DNA of 64,000 bases, taken from contig NC_092672.1 in NCBI RefSeq assembly GCF_964355755.1, positions 33,920,437 through 33,984,436 on the forward strand, written 5' to 3'. Position numbers and translations under genes: made by a program. A model generated the notes under the pieces. The model was not told where the DNA came from. It ran no database searches and was given only the letters and a program-made list of their open reading frames with translations. Source of the DNA: Antedon mediterranea. Lineage: Eukaryota > Animalia > Echinodermata. Below are positions 51,564-63,877 of the stretch, piece by piece. Position 1 is the stretch's first letter, and every line of letters starts with the position of its first letter.

Positions 51564-54500
51564 CTACTTCTGAAGACCGCCAGCGAGTGTGAAATAGCTC
51601 CCTCGTTTTGCCATCAGCTCGTCATGAGTTCCCATCTCAATGACTTGTCCATCATCGATGACAGCAATGGCGTCCGAGTTCTGAATGGTGGACAGTCTGT
51701 GGGCTATCACAATACAAGTTCTTCCTTCCTTTGCACGGTCAATAGCCTCTTGTACGACCTGTTGAAGATACAAAGAGTTTTTTTATTATTTATTTACTGT
51801 TTGTTTTACCAAGTAAAAAAGAATAAAACAATGTACATAATAATTGTTATTATCAATATTTTGCCTTCGGAATGAATTAGGCTGAAATGGTGTTGAAATG
51901 ATGATGAGATGGTGATGAAATAATGATGAGATGGTGATGAAATAATGATGAGATGGTGATGAAATAATGATGAGATGGTGATGAAATAATGATGAGATGG
52001 TGATGAAATAATGATGAGATTGTGATGAAATAATTATGAGATGGTGATGAAATAATTATGAGATGGTGATGAAATAATGATGCGATGTTGATGATGAAAG
52101 AATGATGAAATATTGATGATGAATGATGAAATGATGATGAGATGTTGATGATGAAATGATGAGATGTTGATGATGAAATAATGATGAGATGTTGATGATG
52201 ATTTTAACAATAGGTTAGAACAAAAATATTGGCTAACCTTCTCACTCTCAGTGTCCAAAGCAGATGTGGCCTCATCTAGAAGGAGAATCTTTGGGTTCCT
52301 TAGCAAAGCCCTAGCAATAGCTACTCGTTGTTTCTGTCCACCAGACAACTGTGTTCCCTTCTCACCTACAGGCGTGTCATATCCCTACAAAAGATGGTAA
52401 TAGTTGAAATCATGAATATTTATAAGCCATCCACCAATGAAAGATAAAATCATGAATATTTATAAGCCATTATCCAATGGAAAATCCATAGAGATAAAAT
52501 CATCAATGTTTATAAGCCATCAACCAATGGAAAACCTAGAGATAAAATCATGAATATTTATAAGCCAGAAACCAATAGGAGACCATACTAACCTCTGGTA
52601 GGCTACTGATGAAGTCATGGATGTTTGCCTGCTTAGCAACGCTAATTATTTCGTCCAAGTCTGGCGTATAATCAACGCTATATGCGATGTTGTCGCAAAT
52701 GGATGAGTTGAACAATACTGGTTCCTGGCTCACAATACTCATTTGTGAACGAAGGAACGACAGGTTTATTTGTTTGACATTGTGCGAATCGACAGTCTGA
52801 AATAAAACATATTTGGGTCAATTGGTGGTTTGTTGTTATTGGTTCTAAAGAATAATGTCCAACGTCAATTCATTTGATTTTTAAAATTAAAAAATATTAT
52901 AAATAAAAAGATATATATAAATCCAAAGGCAAATTACTGAAAAAATGACAATGCTGTGGGTATCAGTGGCTGGATCTCAATGGAGATACAAAAAAAAAGC
53001 GAAAAGCTAAATCAAAACGATAAAGTAAACAGCCAGAAAAGTTAGCAGAGCTTTCGGGCAACACTAGCCCTTCATCAGTGCAAGATAAAAGATATTATAT
53101 ATATATATATATATATTATATCCAATCTGCAGACAGTACTGTTTCGATCTTCTTAGATCTCGTCAGTGCAGCTCAGGTTTCGAAGTGAAATGTACCGCAG
53201 AACTGGCACAATATATAGGCTGAGCCAGGTATGCGGGACATGGTACACTGATTATGAACACAAAGAGTGCACAAGCTCAACGAGCGTGCTTTGCAAAATG
53301 CTAATAGTATTCACAACAAAAATGCACCGTTTCGAAATAAAGAGTGCTCTACAAAACAACATACTATATATGTATATAGAAGAAAGTAGAAAAAATGTAT
53401 TATTCCAGGGTCTTCCATGAAATTATATTATATAATAATAAATATTAAAAATAATTTAAACTCACCACTGATCCTTCTGCTGGGTCATAAAAACGTTCCA
53501 GCATCGAAATTAGTGTACTTTTGCCGCATCCGCTAGCTCCGACCAAAGCCAGGGTTTTACCAGACGCAACCGTCAGGTCAAGTTTGTGAAGAATGGTTGT
53601 ATCTGGTCGTGTCGGGTAACTGAACACCAACGAGTCGTATTTGATCTCCCCAACAATTTCCTAATTTGAAAAAAGTTACAACAAAACATATAGTCAACAT
53701 ACCAACAATTAATACAGTAAAATCTAAATACTTGAACAGCAGTGTTAACATAGATTCTGATAATACGTTAGTATTAGTTATATCAGAATTTTAAATTTGA
53801 ATTTACTTACTGGTTTCTGGCCAGATGTTGAGTAGCTGTCAATTTTTGGAACCAGATTAAACAGCTGTAGCATACGCGCTGTGGATATCTGAGCTTTGGA
53901 GAAATCTGGCACGAAGGCAAATGCTTGACCAACGGAGATACCGGCAAAAGCTATCACATGGAAGACCCTGGAATAATAAATTTGTTATTGTTATAGTGCG
54001 AAAAAATTACAAAACAAATTGTGTTTTTTATGTGTGTAATTCAATTTACAGTCGGGGGAAAATGACAAAAGTCTTCCTACTTTCTAGGAGTGTTATCAGA
54101 TAATCTATATTGTTCTGACAACTCTGTAACATGAACACAGTGCTGATTTTGCCATTTTTCCCCTAACTGTTTAATTAAGTATTTCCATGTGGAGAGCCTC
54201 TCGACGGTTATTCTTATTTATAACTTTTAGGTGATCCTACCTCATTGATTTACTTTGTAGTGTTTTAATGTCTTACTTTTTACTGTATTTGAAATTTGGT
54301 CAAATAAATGAAATGATATGATATATATAGTATGAACAAATTTAGAAATATAATATTATACAGATATAATAAATAATTAATATAAAATTAAATAAATAAA
54401 TATAATAAACTAATATTCTGCTCGGATACAAGAGTGAGGGTACTTACTTAAATACTTCAGTAGCTGTCATTTCGCCTATTCCTATCAAGTGACCTCCGTA

Positions 54501-57500
54501 ACGGAACGCAATAGCGTACATGACGAACATCATTCCTTGCGAAAATCCGTATGCGAATCCGGAAACCAGGGAAGCTTTCATTGATTTTCTTAATACAAAA
54601 TAACATTTTTAGAAATATACATTATTATTATTTAGTTTATTTATTTATTTTTTTTTTTACAATTCTACAAAAGTGTTAAAAACATATTGTCGCTAATTTA
54701 TTTCACAAGAAAGCGCCCTCTTAATTGAATAAGGAAGGGCATTTCTGCTGTACAAATTTGGTAAAAACTCACTTGTGTGGATTTTCTAGACATTTACTGT
54801 ATGTTTGTAGCATGTGTTTCTCAAGCGTTAACGATGCTACTGTACGGATATTCTCAATAGACTCTGAAGCCGTCTGCAAAATAAAAACCAAATTATGGTC
54901 AAAATCAATTCAGTATTCTATGTACATTGCGGGATTGCTGAACACATCAGTATCTCAGTAGCTCCTGTCTACACTATCAACAAAATGTGATGTGCCCATA
55001 TATGGACATGATGATGTCATATCACTACCATATTTAAGCATATCACTACCATATATGGATATATCCCTACCATATATGGATATATCACTACCATATTTAA
55101 GCATATCACTACCATATTTAAGCATATCACTACCATATTTGGGCATATCAATACCATATTTGGGCATATCACTACCATATTTAAGCGTCTCCTACCTTGC
55201 TTGCATCTTCAAGAAGTCCTTCATTCGTCTTTTGGTTGCCAGCGAATGCTTGCATCTCTAACATCCCACCAATCATGATCAACGGAACTCCTGCTAGAAC
55301 TACCAACGACAACTTCCAGCCGTAGACAAACGCCATTATCAGAGCGACAATAAGAGTGACCAATGCTTGTACTGTCGTACCAATTCTAATACCTGTGGCC
55401 TGATGGGTAAAATTCAAATAATAACGATCATTACATAACGAACATTAATTTAATCGAGTTTAAAGATGTATTGTCTCCCGTGTATCATTTTATTTTATTG
55501 TTTTGTGAGTCGTATACTGGGCCCTCTAGGAAAACATTCTTGTAGTGACAAAGTCAAAATAAATAAACAGTGAATTGAATAAAACATACATTCTTCACGT
55601 TTGATGCGTCAGTAGCCAAACGATGTGTGAGAGCGCCTGTGCTATGTTTTGGATCATCAAACCAGCCAATATCCTGAAAAGGTAAGAGATAAAATATTTT
55701 TAAAGAAGAAAAAACTCTATATGGAGGTTACTTATACATATTTAAGTCTTTCCACTTAATTATTTTTTTGCATACACACTAATGTCATATTTACAAATAA
55801 ATTTTGGATAAATTTTTAAATTATTTTTTTAGAACCTTTCAATATTGTTTTTACTTTTCTGTTGTTTTAACACTGTTCATGTGTTTTACACTGCAGTATA
55901 TTATTTTTTTTTTTATTAGACCAATAAAAGATGAATTGAATATTTGATTAGCGCCCTTCTGCGTACCCACCTGTCGAAGCATACTTGAGAAAGCTTTGTT
56001 ACGTAGTCTCATGGTCAAACGTTCCCCAGATACGGAATACATCCAACCCGTCATGACGTTAGAGATGCCGATGACGACACCGAGCAGAAGAAACATCAAA
56101 GACCAAAACCTGGCCTCCTTTTTCATCTCCTCGTCTTCAAGACCAAACACCTATAAAATTGATATTTTTACAAAAGTCTTAAGCAACATCTTTTTTCTTC
56201 TTATTTTATAGGATAGGATAGACAGATGCCTTTTTTACTCAAGCTCCTGTGAATACTGTTCCAGCGAGCTCTGAATAGGAGCTTCAAAGTGCTGGAGAAC
56301 AGCTTCTTTTTTCTTGGTTATCTTAGGATATTTTATGGATCATTTTTGTGTGTAAAGTACTTTGTATTAGGTGTATAAGACTCCATTATTACTTTACTTT
56401 ATTCACATCATCATACATAAATAGTACAATACAATACAATGTATGTGTTTGTGAAAAGGAGCCAAAAAATAGCTTTCGCTAATCAAGGTTTGACTCCTGT
56501 CACAAAAAATAAATTAGTCATAATGCATACATTTTCATCTATCAACAATAATTCAATAAGAAAAAAACAGCAACTATATGAAAGAAATAACGTAAACAAG
56601 GGCTAACATTAATATTTTTGTAAAAGTAAACATTTAACTTCATTTATAAATTTAAATCTAGAAGAGGTACATTTTATAACTAAGGGTAAATTATTCCAAA
56701 GTTGAGCTCCATTAAAAGAAATTCTAAATTTACCAGCATCTGTGCGAGCTTTCGGAATTGCAAAATTATATCTATTACTAAATCTGGTACTAGCATTATG
56801 TGTAATTAAATAAAAGTATTCCATTGTTTGATGTGGTGTTTTGCCGTTAATTTGGTCATGATCAAACTTAACTATACTTAATTCGAACAACTTAAAAACG
56901 TCTAAAATACCCAGATCTTTAAATAATGGAGAAGATGGAGCCATAAAATCAGAGAAAGTTATACATCTAAGACACATTTTTTGGACAAGTAAAATAGGAT
57001 AAAGATGGGACTTATACGTGCTACCCCAGACTTCTAAACCATAAGTAATATTTGATTGAATAAATGATTTATAAAGCATAAGTAAAATATTACGGGGTAC
57101 AATATGGCGTAAACTAAACAGAATTCCAGATTTCTTTTTTATCCTATTTTTAATAAAGTTTATATGGCTCTTCCATGTGATGTGTTTATCTAATTTAACA
57201 CCTAAAAACTGAATTTCATTGACTTCTTTAATCATAACATGTTTGTAATAAATATTGTTTGATTTATTAATAGTTTTATATCGGTTACAAAAAATAATAT
57301 AATTAGTTTTAACTAAATTAACAGTTAATTTATTAGTGTCAGACCAGTTTGATATTTTTTTTAAATGATGATTTACCATAGACAAATCAATATTACTGCC
57401 TGCAAAATTGTGATATAAGGTAGTGTCGTCAGCAAATAAACGATATTCAAAAAAACTGGAAGAATTTGGTAAATCATTAATATAGATTAGAAAAAGAGTG

Positions 57501-60500
57501 GGTCCAAGAACCGAGCCTTGTGGAACACCGCATTGAATTGATAACTGATCGGAGCTTTGACCGTTCGAAAAAACAAATTGGGATCTATTTTTTAAATAAT
57601 CAGTAAACAAAAGTAACGGTTGCCCTCTAATACCATAATAATATAATTTGGATAACAAAATTTGGTGATTAATTGTATCGAAGGCTTTAGAAAAATCAAT
57701 AAATATACCTAATGAAGACTTATTATTATCAACTTGATAAAGAAAATTATTAATTAGATTAATTAGGGATAATTTTGTACTATATTTTTCACGAAAACCG
57801 TACTGGTGTTTGAAGAACAAATTATATTTTTCAAAGAAGATAATAAGTCTGTTATTGATAATTCTTTCAAAAATTTTACTAAATAAAGGCAAAATGGAAA
57901 TTGGACGATAATTACCGGGTTTATCTGTATTACCTTTCTTAAATAGAGGTATTACTTTTGCTACTTTCAAAGCAGTGGGGAAACGACTACGTGTAAATGA
58001 TAAATTAATAATGTAGGATAGCGGCATTGCAATGACGTTTGCAGCTATAACAATCAATTTAGCCGGTAAATCATCATATCCCGCTGATTTTCTAATATCA
58101 ATACCTTTTAATAAATGAAGAACTTCGTCATAACATGTAGGGTTTAAAAAGAAAGATTTGTCTGAAGCATTTGTCAAAAAATCAGAATACATTGATGTAG
58201 ATGCAATTTTCTCTGCAAGGTTGGGACCGATGTTAGTGAAATACTGATTAAAGGTATTTACAATTTTTTCGGGAGTATCCTGAACTATTTCATTACCATT
58301 ATCGTGTTTAATTATTAATTTTTCAGGTAGGTTGTGATTAGATTTGTTTTTCCCAAGAAGATTATTGATAGTTTGCCATGTTTTCGAGGAATTATTCTGG
58401 TTGTGTAAAAATAAAGTAGTATAGTAATTTCTTTTAGCTACTCTAAGTACTTTTGTTAACGTATTTCTATACTTCTTATATATGGTTACTTTACTAATTT
58501 CATGTCCTGATTTAATCACCTTTGAATACAACTTATATTTTTTATTAATTGATTTTTTAATTGATTTGGTAATCCATGGTTTGTTTTTTGTTTTTGTTTT
58601 TGAAGATCTTTCTACCATTGGGGCATGAATATTACAATAATCACTAAATAATGAAACAAATAACTCGTATGCTTCATCAACCTCATTACAAGAGTAAATT
58701 GCATCCCAAGAAATAAGAGATAGTTCATCAATAAATCTTTGTTCATCAAAATATTTGTAGTTTCTATACTTAATTTTACCCTTAACGTTTCCTGTATACT
58801 TCGTGTTAGCAAATATTGCAAAGGTAGGTAAATGGTCTGAAATATCACATGCGATTGTACCAGAATGTATTGAATTACTAACAATATTAGTATAGATATG
58901 ATCTATGATTGTCGATGACGTTTTCGTAATCCTTGTAGGAACGGTTATGATTTGATTTAAATTAATACAAGTTAAGGCTGTAGAAAATTCATCTATCGAC
59001 TTATCATCGTCCGATTTGGACAGATCAATATTAAAGTCTCCTAGCAGAATACATTGATGTTTATCTATTTTAATAGAATTAAGAACATTTATTAACCCGT
59101 TGTGAAATTCATGTATACTAGTGTTTGGCTTTCTATAAATAACACTTACAATAATAAAGTTATTACCATCTGAAACCTCTAACCACAAAGATTCAGTATT
59201 TGGAACAGTATAGGGAAGAACTTTATATTTAATTGAAGAGTGAATATATGCAGCAACCCCGCCGCCTCTACTATTTTCCCGACAGTTATGTTCAAGAGAA
59301 TAAGAATTTAAATGCAATAATTCTGGATTGTCTATTTTCCATGTCTCTGAAACTCCAATAATTTTAAATTTTCCTATCAGTGTGTCTTCATAGAGCAAAC
59401 GAGTTTCTTCAAAATTTTTTTTAAGGGAACGAGCGTTTATGTGTGTTACAGTGAATGCATGATTAAACACAGTGCTGTAAGACGCATTAAATGCAGACGG
59501 TGTTACTGCATTTTTCACACTTTTGTTATTTAAATTAATGTAAAGGTCCTCCTCAAGATAGGAATCTATAAAATCCTGCATACCAGGTTACTTGCATATC
59601 TAACTAAAGTAACGTAAGCCCAACTGAAACAAAGACTAAAATAAATACACAAATACAAACATTTTTTCAAAAACGTCATTATAAGAAAAAAAAAAAGTTT
59701 ATTTCTTCAATACAATGAGTGGAAACACGGTAGTCCTCTCACCGCCAACAAAAATTAATCTCAGTACAGTATATGTCTAAGTCTACTTCTTGGTCTCACT
59801 TACTTCATTAGGGTACACTCTCTTTAGTTTACCATCAATACCCTTTATTAACATGTATGCTGGAACAGTAAAGGGGATTATAGCAAACTGTCCTCTTTTT
59901 CGTATTTTAATTAAATCAGCTCTTAGTTTTGCCCTATCCGCTCTAACTGAAGCGGATACATCGTCGGTAACAAACACCGTGTTTTCATGGTAGAGTATTT
60001 ACCTTTCAATGCTTTCGGCGCTGAGCGAAGAACTAATTCCCTATCCGTGTACCGAAGGAGTTTTACATGTATAGGGCGTGGCGATGATCTGGTAGCGGCT
60101 GCAGCAGAGGCTAATTTTCCCATGGGGCTACGATGCGCTCGTTCAACTTCTATTTCTTTATCAATTTTTAAAATCGATTTAACTATATCTAAAAATACTT
60201 CAGTACAGTCCAAAGAGTTTTCCAAGCCTTCACACACACCCCATAGAACAATATTATTTCGTCTAGATCTGTTTTCCAAATCATCACACCTTTTTTCTAG
60301 CTTCAGTAGCGTATCCTTGTTGACACAATTTTCAACTTTACTTTTAGTTTCATCTAGATCGTTTATTAAAGTGTTAACTCCTACCTCGAGTTGGTTAGTA
60401 ATATCCTTGATTTCATTCTGATCCTTTTCCAATTGCTTTTGTTTTTCTTCTATAGTAGACAGCCTGATTGCAATACCTTGTAAAAGTTCTTCTATGTTGT

Positions 60501-63500
60501 CCAGCTTACTTAATTTGCATAATATTTGTTCACCTTTATCTCCAATTCCAGTGGTAGTTGTTTCTTCTACTTCTTTATTTCTTTGAGACTTTCTTTCAGG
60601 CTTTTTATCCTTTTTGTCATTCATTATGTCGTCTTTAATAAATTTCCTAAGCTTAAATAAGCTTAAATAACTGTGACAAATAATAAAAACTAGCTTGGCG
60701 CCGAGGAGGACGGGAGCGGTTTTACAACACGTCTGCACTCAACAGTTGCATGTCTATAATTATCATTATCAAAACATAAAGACTACAAGAATTGTAACCA
60801 TTGTTAGAGCTATGAGTCACCACAAAAGACAATTGACCAAGTAAAATACATTAAATGTTATGTTACTTTATATGAAATTCTTATAATTTATAAATTTACT
60901 AGGATAGCCCAGGTATAATCACAGACGTTTTTTAATGGGGGAAAAGAAACTTAGAGGAAAACAGAAAAAGATGTTTATACAGTTTTCAGAGTTACTGCTC
61001 AGGTACAAATATTTGTAAACCTAAAACCACTAAAGTTCTTGTAGGGCATGGCATGTGAAGAAGATATGTGATAACTTTAAAAATTCCTCTCAACTTACGT
61101 TGATGAATTCGGCAAAGAAGAACGCCCATACAGGCCAGACAACGCCTTGAGCCGACGCCCAGAAGCATCCATTAATGATATACAAAGTCTCTGGTGAATT
61201 TAATCGCAGTATGTCCATATACTTCACTTCTGGCGCTGGTTCCTAGGAGATAATAATAAAAATAATACTTGTACAGTGTTTTCAGTTTAAAAAATCAAGC
61301 TACATTGAAATATTTAGTAGATAAAAGATAACTGGTCCCTTTTTCCCTTTTTTTACTGATTTTATATATTTTTTATTCTTGTAAATAAATCATTGTGATA
61401 AATCAGACTAGACTAATCAGATGATTATATTTCAATTCATTTTTGTATATATTATTAATATTCTCTTTATGTCATGTATTGTATCTTGTATTAAATGTTG
61501 ATTAATAAATATTGTTATAATTGTATTTTGCAGGGACACTCTTGTGTTATAGCGCATTGTTGCTGTCGCAGCCCCTTGACCGATTGTGTCGAATAAATAA
61601 ATAAATAAAAAATGAAATCGGACAAGAATTCAAATCTGTGGTATATAATGATATCTATATCTGATTTTGTTGTATTAGTGATCGTCGTTGTTTTGTACGA
61701 GTTCTTGATTGTTATTATGTTTTTTATTTTTATTTTTATTTGTTTAGTAATTAGTAAGTGCCATAATAGTATTGCTATTGTTTATTTATCAAATGTTAAA
61801 TTGTTAAAAATATACTATATTTAAGGTTTTGGCTGCCACTGTATTCTAACGTTTTTGGAAATAAATATACCATGAATATAAATACGAGTTATATTTATCA
61901 ATTGATATAAAATTCAAAATAAATTTATCTGGTAATATTTATTTTGCCTTAATTAAATAAAATAAATAAGCAAATAAGTAAATGCTTACATCTTCCAATT
62001 CTAATTCTTCTAAATTGGGTTCTTTTTCCTTCTTTCCCGACTTGTTACCCTTCTCTGAATGTGTTGATCGTACAGACATCTGCCGGCTGATTTGAGTTGA
62101 TATTTGCCGTTTGATTAACGGTGATTTTGGTTCGTTGGTAGCAACCTCCCCAGCATTCAGTGCTACATAAAAACAAAATTAGGTTTTGTATAAAGCTCTG
62201 TCTACAGTATCAAACTTTATGTGACAAAAAAATGTGATGTGGCCATATATGATGTCACATCACTATCATATTTGGACATATCACTACCATATTTGGACAT
62301 ATCACTACCATATTTGGACATATCACTACCATATTTGGACATATCACTACCATATTTGGACATATCACTACCATATTTGGACATACCACTACCATAATTG
62401 GGCACATCTATTCTATTCATCTATACATTTATTATCAACAGTTTCAATAACTTTATTTATTTAGTGTACATTCAACAGTGTAAACACCAATTACAGGATG
62501 AAATATACATATTATTGAACATAAATTGAATAATTAAGAAAATAAATAACTGCCTCGTGAGGACCCTGAGCTAACAACAAAGAGGTAATGCATAATGCAA
62601 AATCAAAATAATAGTTATAAGCCCACAAGCTTAAAAATGAATTAAAAAATCCTATATGACTATTTGACCCCACTCCCTGCGTTATTTCAATCCCACAATA
62701 CCTTCCTCTTCTTCCTGTTGTCGTAGCATCTGCAGAGTAACCAATTGAGCATAAACGCCATTCTTTGCCATCAACTCATCATGTGATCCGCTTTCAGCTA
62801 CACTGCCTTCGTCAATAGCGTAAATGACATCAGCATTCTTGATAGTGGATAGTCGATGGGCAATCACAAGCGTTGTACGGCCAACTTGAGCCTGGAAATT
62901 AAAAACAAAATCAAGGTGTTGAAATTACTAAAGAACTAGAAAATACTGTGATAAAATAAAGATTTGGTAATTGGGTCTGCAGTGTCAGTGTGTGTATTAT
63001 TACTCAAAAAAAAAAGAAAAAGCAGGAAACTTCATGAATATTAATTAAGATATAAACTAAGGTAATTGAGTAATACATCCAACTCTCCCAATACACCCTT
63101 TGGCTGCCCAAATATTTCTGGTTGCCCAAATATTTCTGGTTTTCCAGAAAGGCTTTCTGGTTTTTCAGAATGTGTTTTTAATGGTAAAAAGGAATTTGGC
63201 TTTTGGGAGAGTTTCCGGTTTTCAGAGAGTCCGGTATTGGGAGAGTTGACTGTATATACAAAATATAAAAAAAGGATAACGTAAGTATACTCTACATTAT
63301 CAAGGGCCTCCTGGACAACCCTCTCACTCTCGGAATCAAGAGCTGACGTAGCTTCATCCAGTAGGAGGATCTTTGGGTTCCGGATCAGCGCTCTTGCAAT
63401 GGCAACTCTCTGCTTCTGTCCACCAGACAGCTGGGTGCCTCGTTCACCGGCCAGAGTGTCGTACCCCTATGAAAAAATGTCAAATAAATCAGCATACACA

Positions 63501-63877
63501 AACAATACATTTGTCCGAACAAAATTATACTAATTAAGAATGTTTATTTATTGGTAAGAATATTTCCTAAGTTGATTATAGTAACTGCTCTATTTTAACA
63601 AGGTATGATCCAAGTTAAATGCCGAAGGAGAGGTTCTACTGTATAAAATAACAAATCTTTGCAGCAGTACCTTAGGTAGTTTAGAAATAAAATCATGCGC
63701 ATTTGCCGACTTTGCTGCAGCGATTACATCCTCCTTTGTGACGCCCTCACGACCGAAAGCAATGTTCTCAAAAATGGTGGTGGCGAAAAGAACCGGCTCC
63801 TGGCTGACAACTCCGATGCAGTCTTTTCTCAACCAGTTGATATTAAGATCTGTGATGTTATTCCCATCAATCAGGAT
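51564..63877 (-). CDS. ABCB1: ABCB1/P-glycoprotein, 3' portion (end of NBD1, linker, TMD2, NBD2); exons about 63877-63671, 63466-63296, 62891-62702, 62162-61990, 61242-61099, 56150-55971, 55673-55590, 55399-55196, 54873-54773, 54589-54447, 53967-53810, 53660-53466, 52796-52593, 52384-52238, 51758-51564; 5' part lies beyond the window
   Basis: [23 protein letters not shown] and [15 protein letters not shown] each occur twice. Walker [20 protein letters not shown] and IAHRLSTI are present. The exact ABCB paralog is uncertain. Confidence 0.9.
51893..52200. repeat. 22-bp minisatellite TGATGAAATAATGATGAGATGG
   Basis: Direct reading; last ABCB1 intron. Confidence 0.9.
52405..52580. repeat. degenerate tandem repeat of about 45 bp filling an ABCB1 intron
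   Basis: Four copies of 'aaatcatgaatatttataagccat..accaatgg'. Confidence 0.8.
53044..53083 (-). ncRNA. hammerhead-like core, probably degenerate
   Basis: Minus strand TGCA-CTGATGA-AGGGC-TAGTGTT-GCCC-GAAA-GC-TCT-GC-TA; stem I pairing is not evident. Confidence 0.5.
53127..53171 (-). ncRNA. minimal type I hammerhead ribozyme
   Basis: Minus strand CTGCA-CTGACGA-GATC-TAAGAA-GATC-GAAA-CAG-TA-CTG-TC^TGCAG. This gives a complete core, 5-bp stem I, 4-bp stem II, palindromic stem III and a GUC cleavage triplet. Confidence 0.85.
54047..54170. mobile_element. small MITE with imperfect TIRs
   Basis: TACAGTCGGGGGAAAATGACAAAA ... TTTTGCCATTTTTCCCCTAACTGT. Confidence 0.5.
56609..59581 (-). CDS. LINE ORF2, AP-endonuclease plus reverse transcriptase (990 aa, uninterrupted)
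   Basis: EN motifs HINARSL, GVSETW, GDFN and SDH. RT motifs [25 protein letters not shown] and LFADDT. Confidence 0.95.
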   Translation of the reverse strand: MQDFIDSYLEEDLYINLNNKSVKNAVTPSAFNASYSTVFNHAFTVTHINARSLKKNFEETRLLYEDTLIGKFKIIGVSETWKIDNPELLHLNSYSLEHNCRENSRGGGVAAYIHSSIKYKVLPYTVPNTESLWLEVSDGNNFIIVSVIYRKPNTSIHEFHNGLINVLNSIKIDKHQCILLGDFNIDLSKSDDDKSIDEFSTALTCINLNQIITVPTRITKTSSTIIDHIYTNIVSNSIHSGTIACDISDHLPTFAIFANTKYTGNVKGKIKYRNYKYFDEQRFIDELSLISWDAIYSCNEVDEAYELFVSLFSDYCNIHAPMVERSSKTKTKNKPWITKSIKKSINKKYKLYSKVIKSGHEISKVTIYKKYRNTLTKVLRVAKRNYYTTLFLHNQNNSSKTWQTINNLLGKNKSNHNLPEKLIIKHDNGNEIVQDTPEKIVNTFNQYFTNIGPNLAEKIASTSMYSDFLTNASDKSFFLNPTCYDEVLHLLKGIDIRKSAGYDDLPAKLIVIAANVIAMPLSYIINLSFTRSRFPTALKVAKVIPLFKKGNTDKPGNYRPISILPLFSKIFERIINNRLIIFFEKYNLFFKHQYGFREKYSTKLSLINLINNFLYQVDNNKSSLGIFIDFSKAFDTINHQILLSKLYYYGIRGQPLLLFTDYLKNRSQFVFSNGQSSDQLSIQCGVPQGSVLGPTLFLIYINDLPNSSSFFEYRLFADDTTLYHNFAGSNIDLSMVNHHLKKISNWSDTNKLTVNLVKTNYIIFCNRYKTINKSNNIYYKHVMIKEVNEIQFLGVKLDKHITWKSHINFIKNRIKKKSGILFSLRHIVPRNILLMLYKSFIQSNITYGLEVWGSTYKSHLYPILLVQKMCLRCITFSDFMAPSSPLFKDLGILDVFKLFELSIVKFDHDQINGKTPHQTMEYFYLITHNASTRFSNRYNFAIPKARTDAGKFRISFNGAQLWNNLPLVIKCTSSRFKFINEVKCLLLQKY
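59783..60624 (-). pseudogene. LINE ORF1 (coiled coil plus L1-ORF1p-like RRM) split by a 1-nt frameshift near 59998
   Basis: '[17 protein letters not shown]...VERAHR...[11 protein letters not shown]' continues in another frame as '[25 protein letters not shown]'. Confidence 0.75.
63073..63254. mobile_element. TA-flanked MITE
   Basis: TACATCCAACTCTCCCAATAC ... GTATTGGGAGAGTTGACTGTA. Confidence 0.7.

Larger units (their letters stand above)
56388..60745 (-). mobile_element. near full-length LINE (CR1/L2 group, Crack/Daphne-like) in an ABCB1 intron, same strand as the host
   Basis: ORF1, ORF2 and a 3'UTR with a hairpin (TAGC-GAAA-GCTA), ending AATAAAGTAAAGTAA. Confidence 0.9.

Noticed and set aside
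54955-55261. 'KYGSDM' and 'ISLPYL' repeat ORFs (also 21159-21438, 62217-62464)
   Set aside because: Translations of the MITE internal 21-bp repeat.
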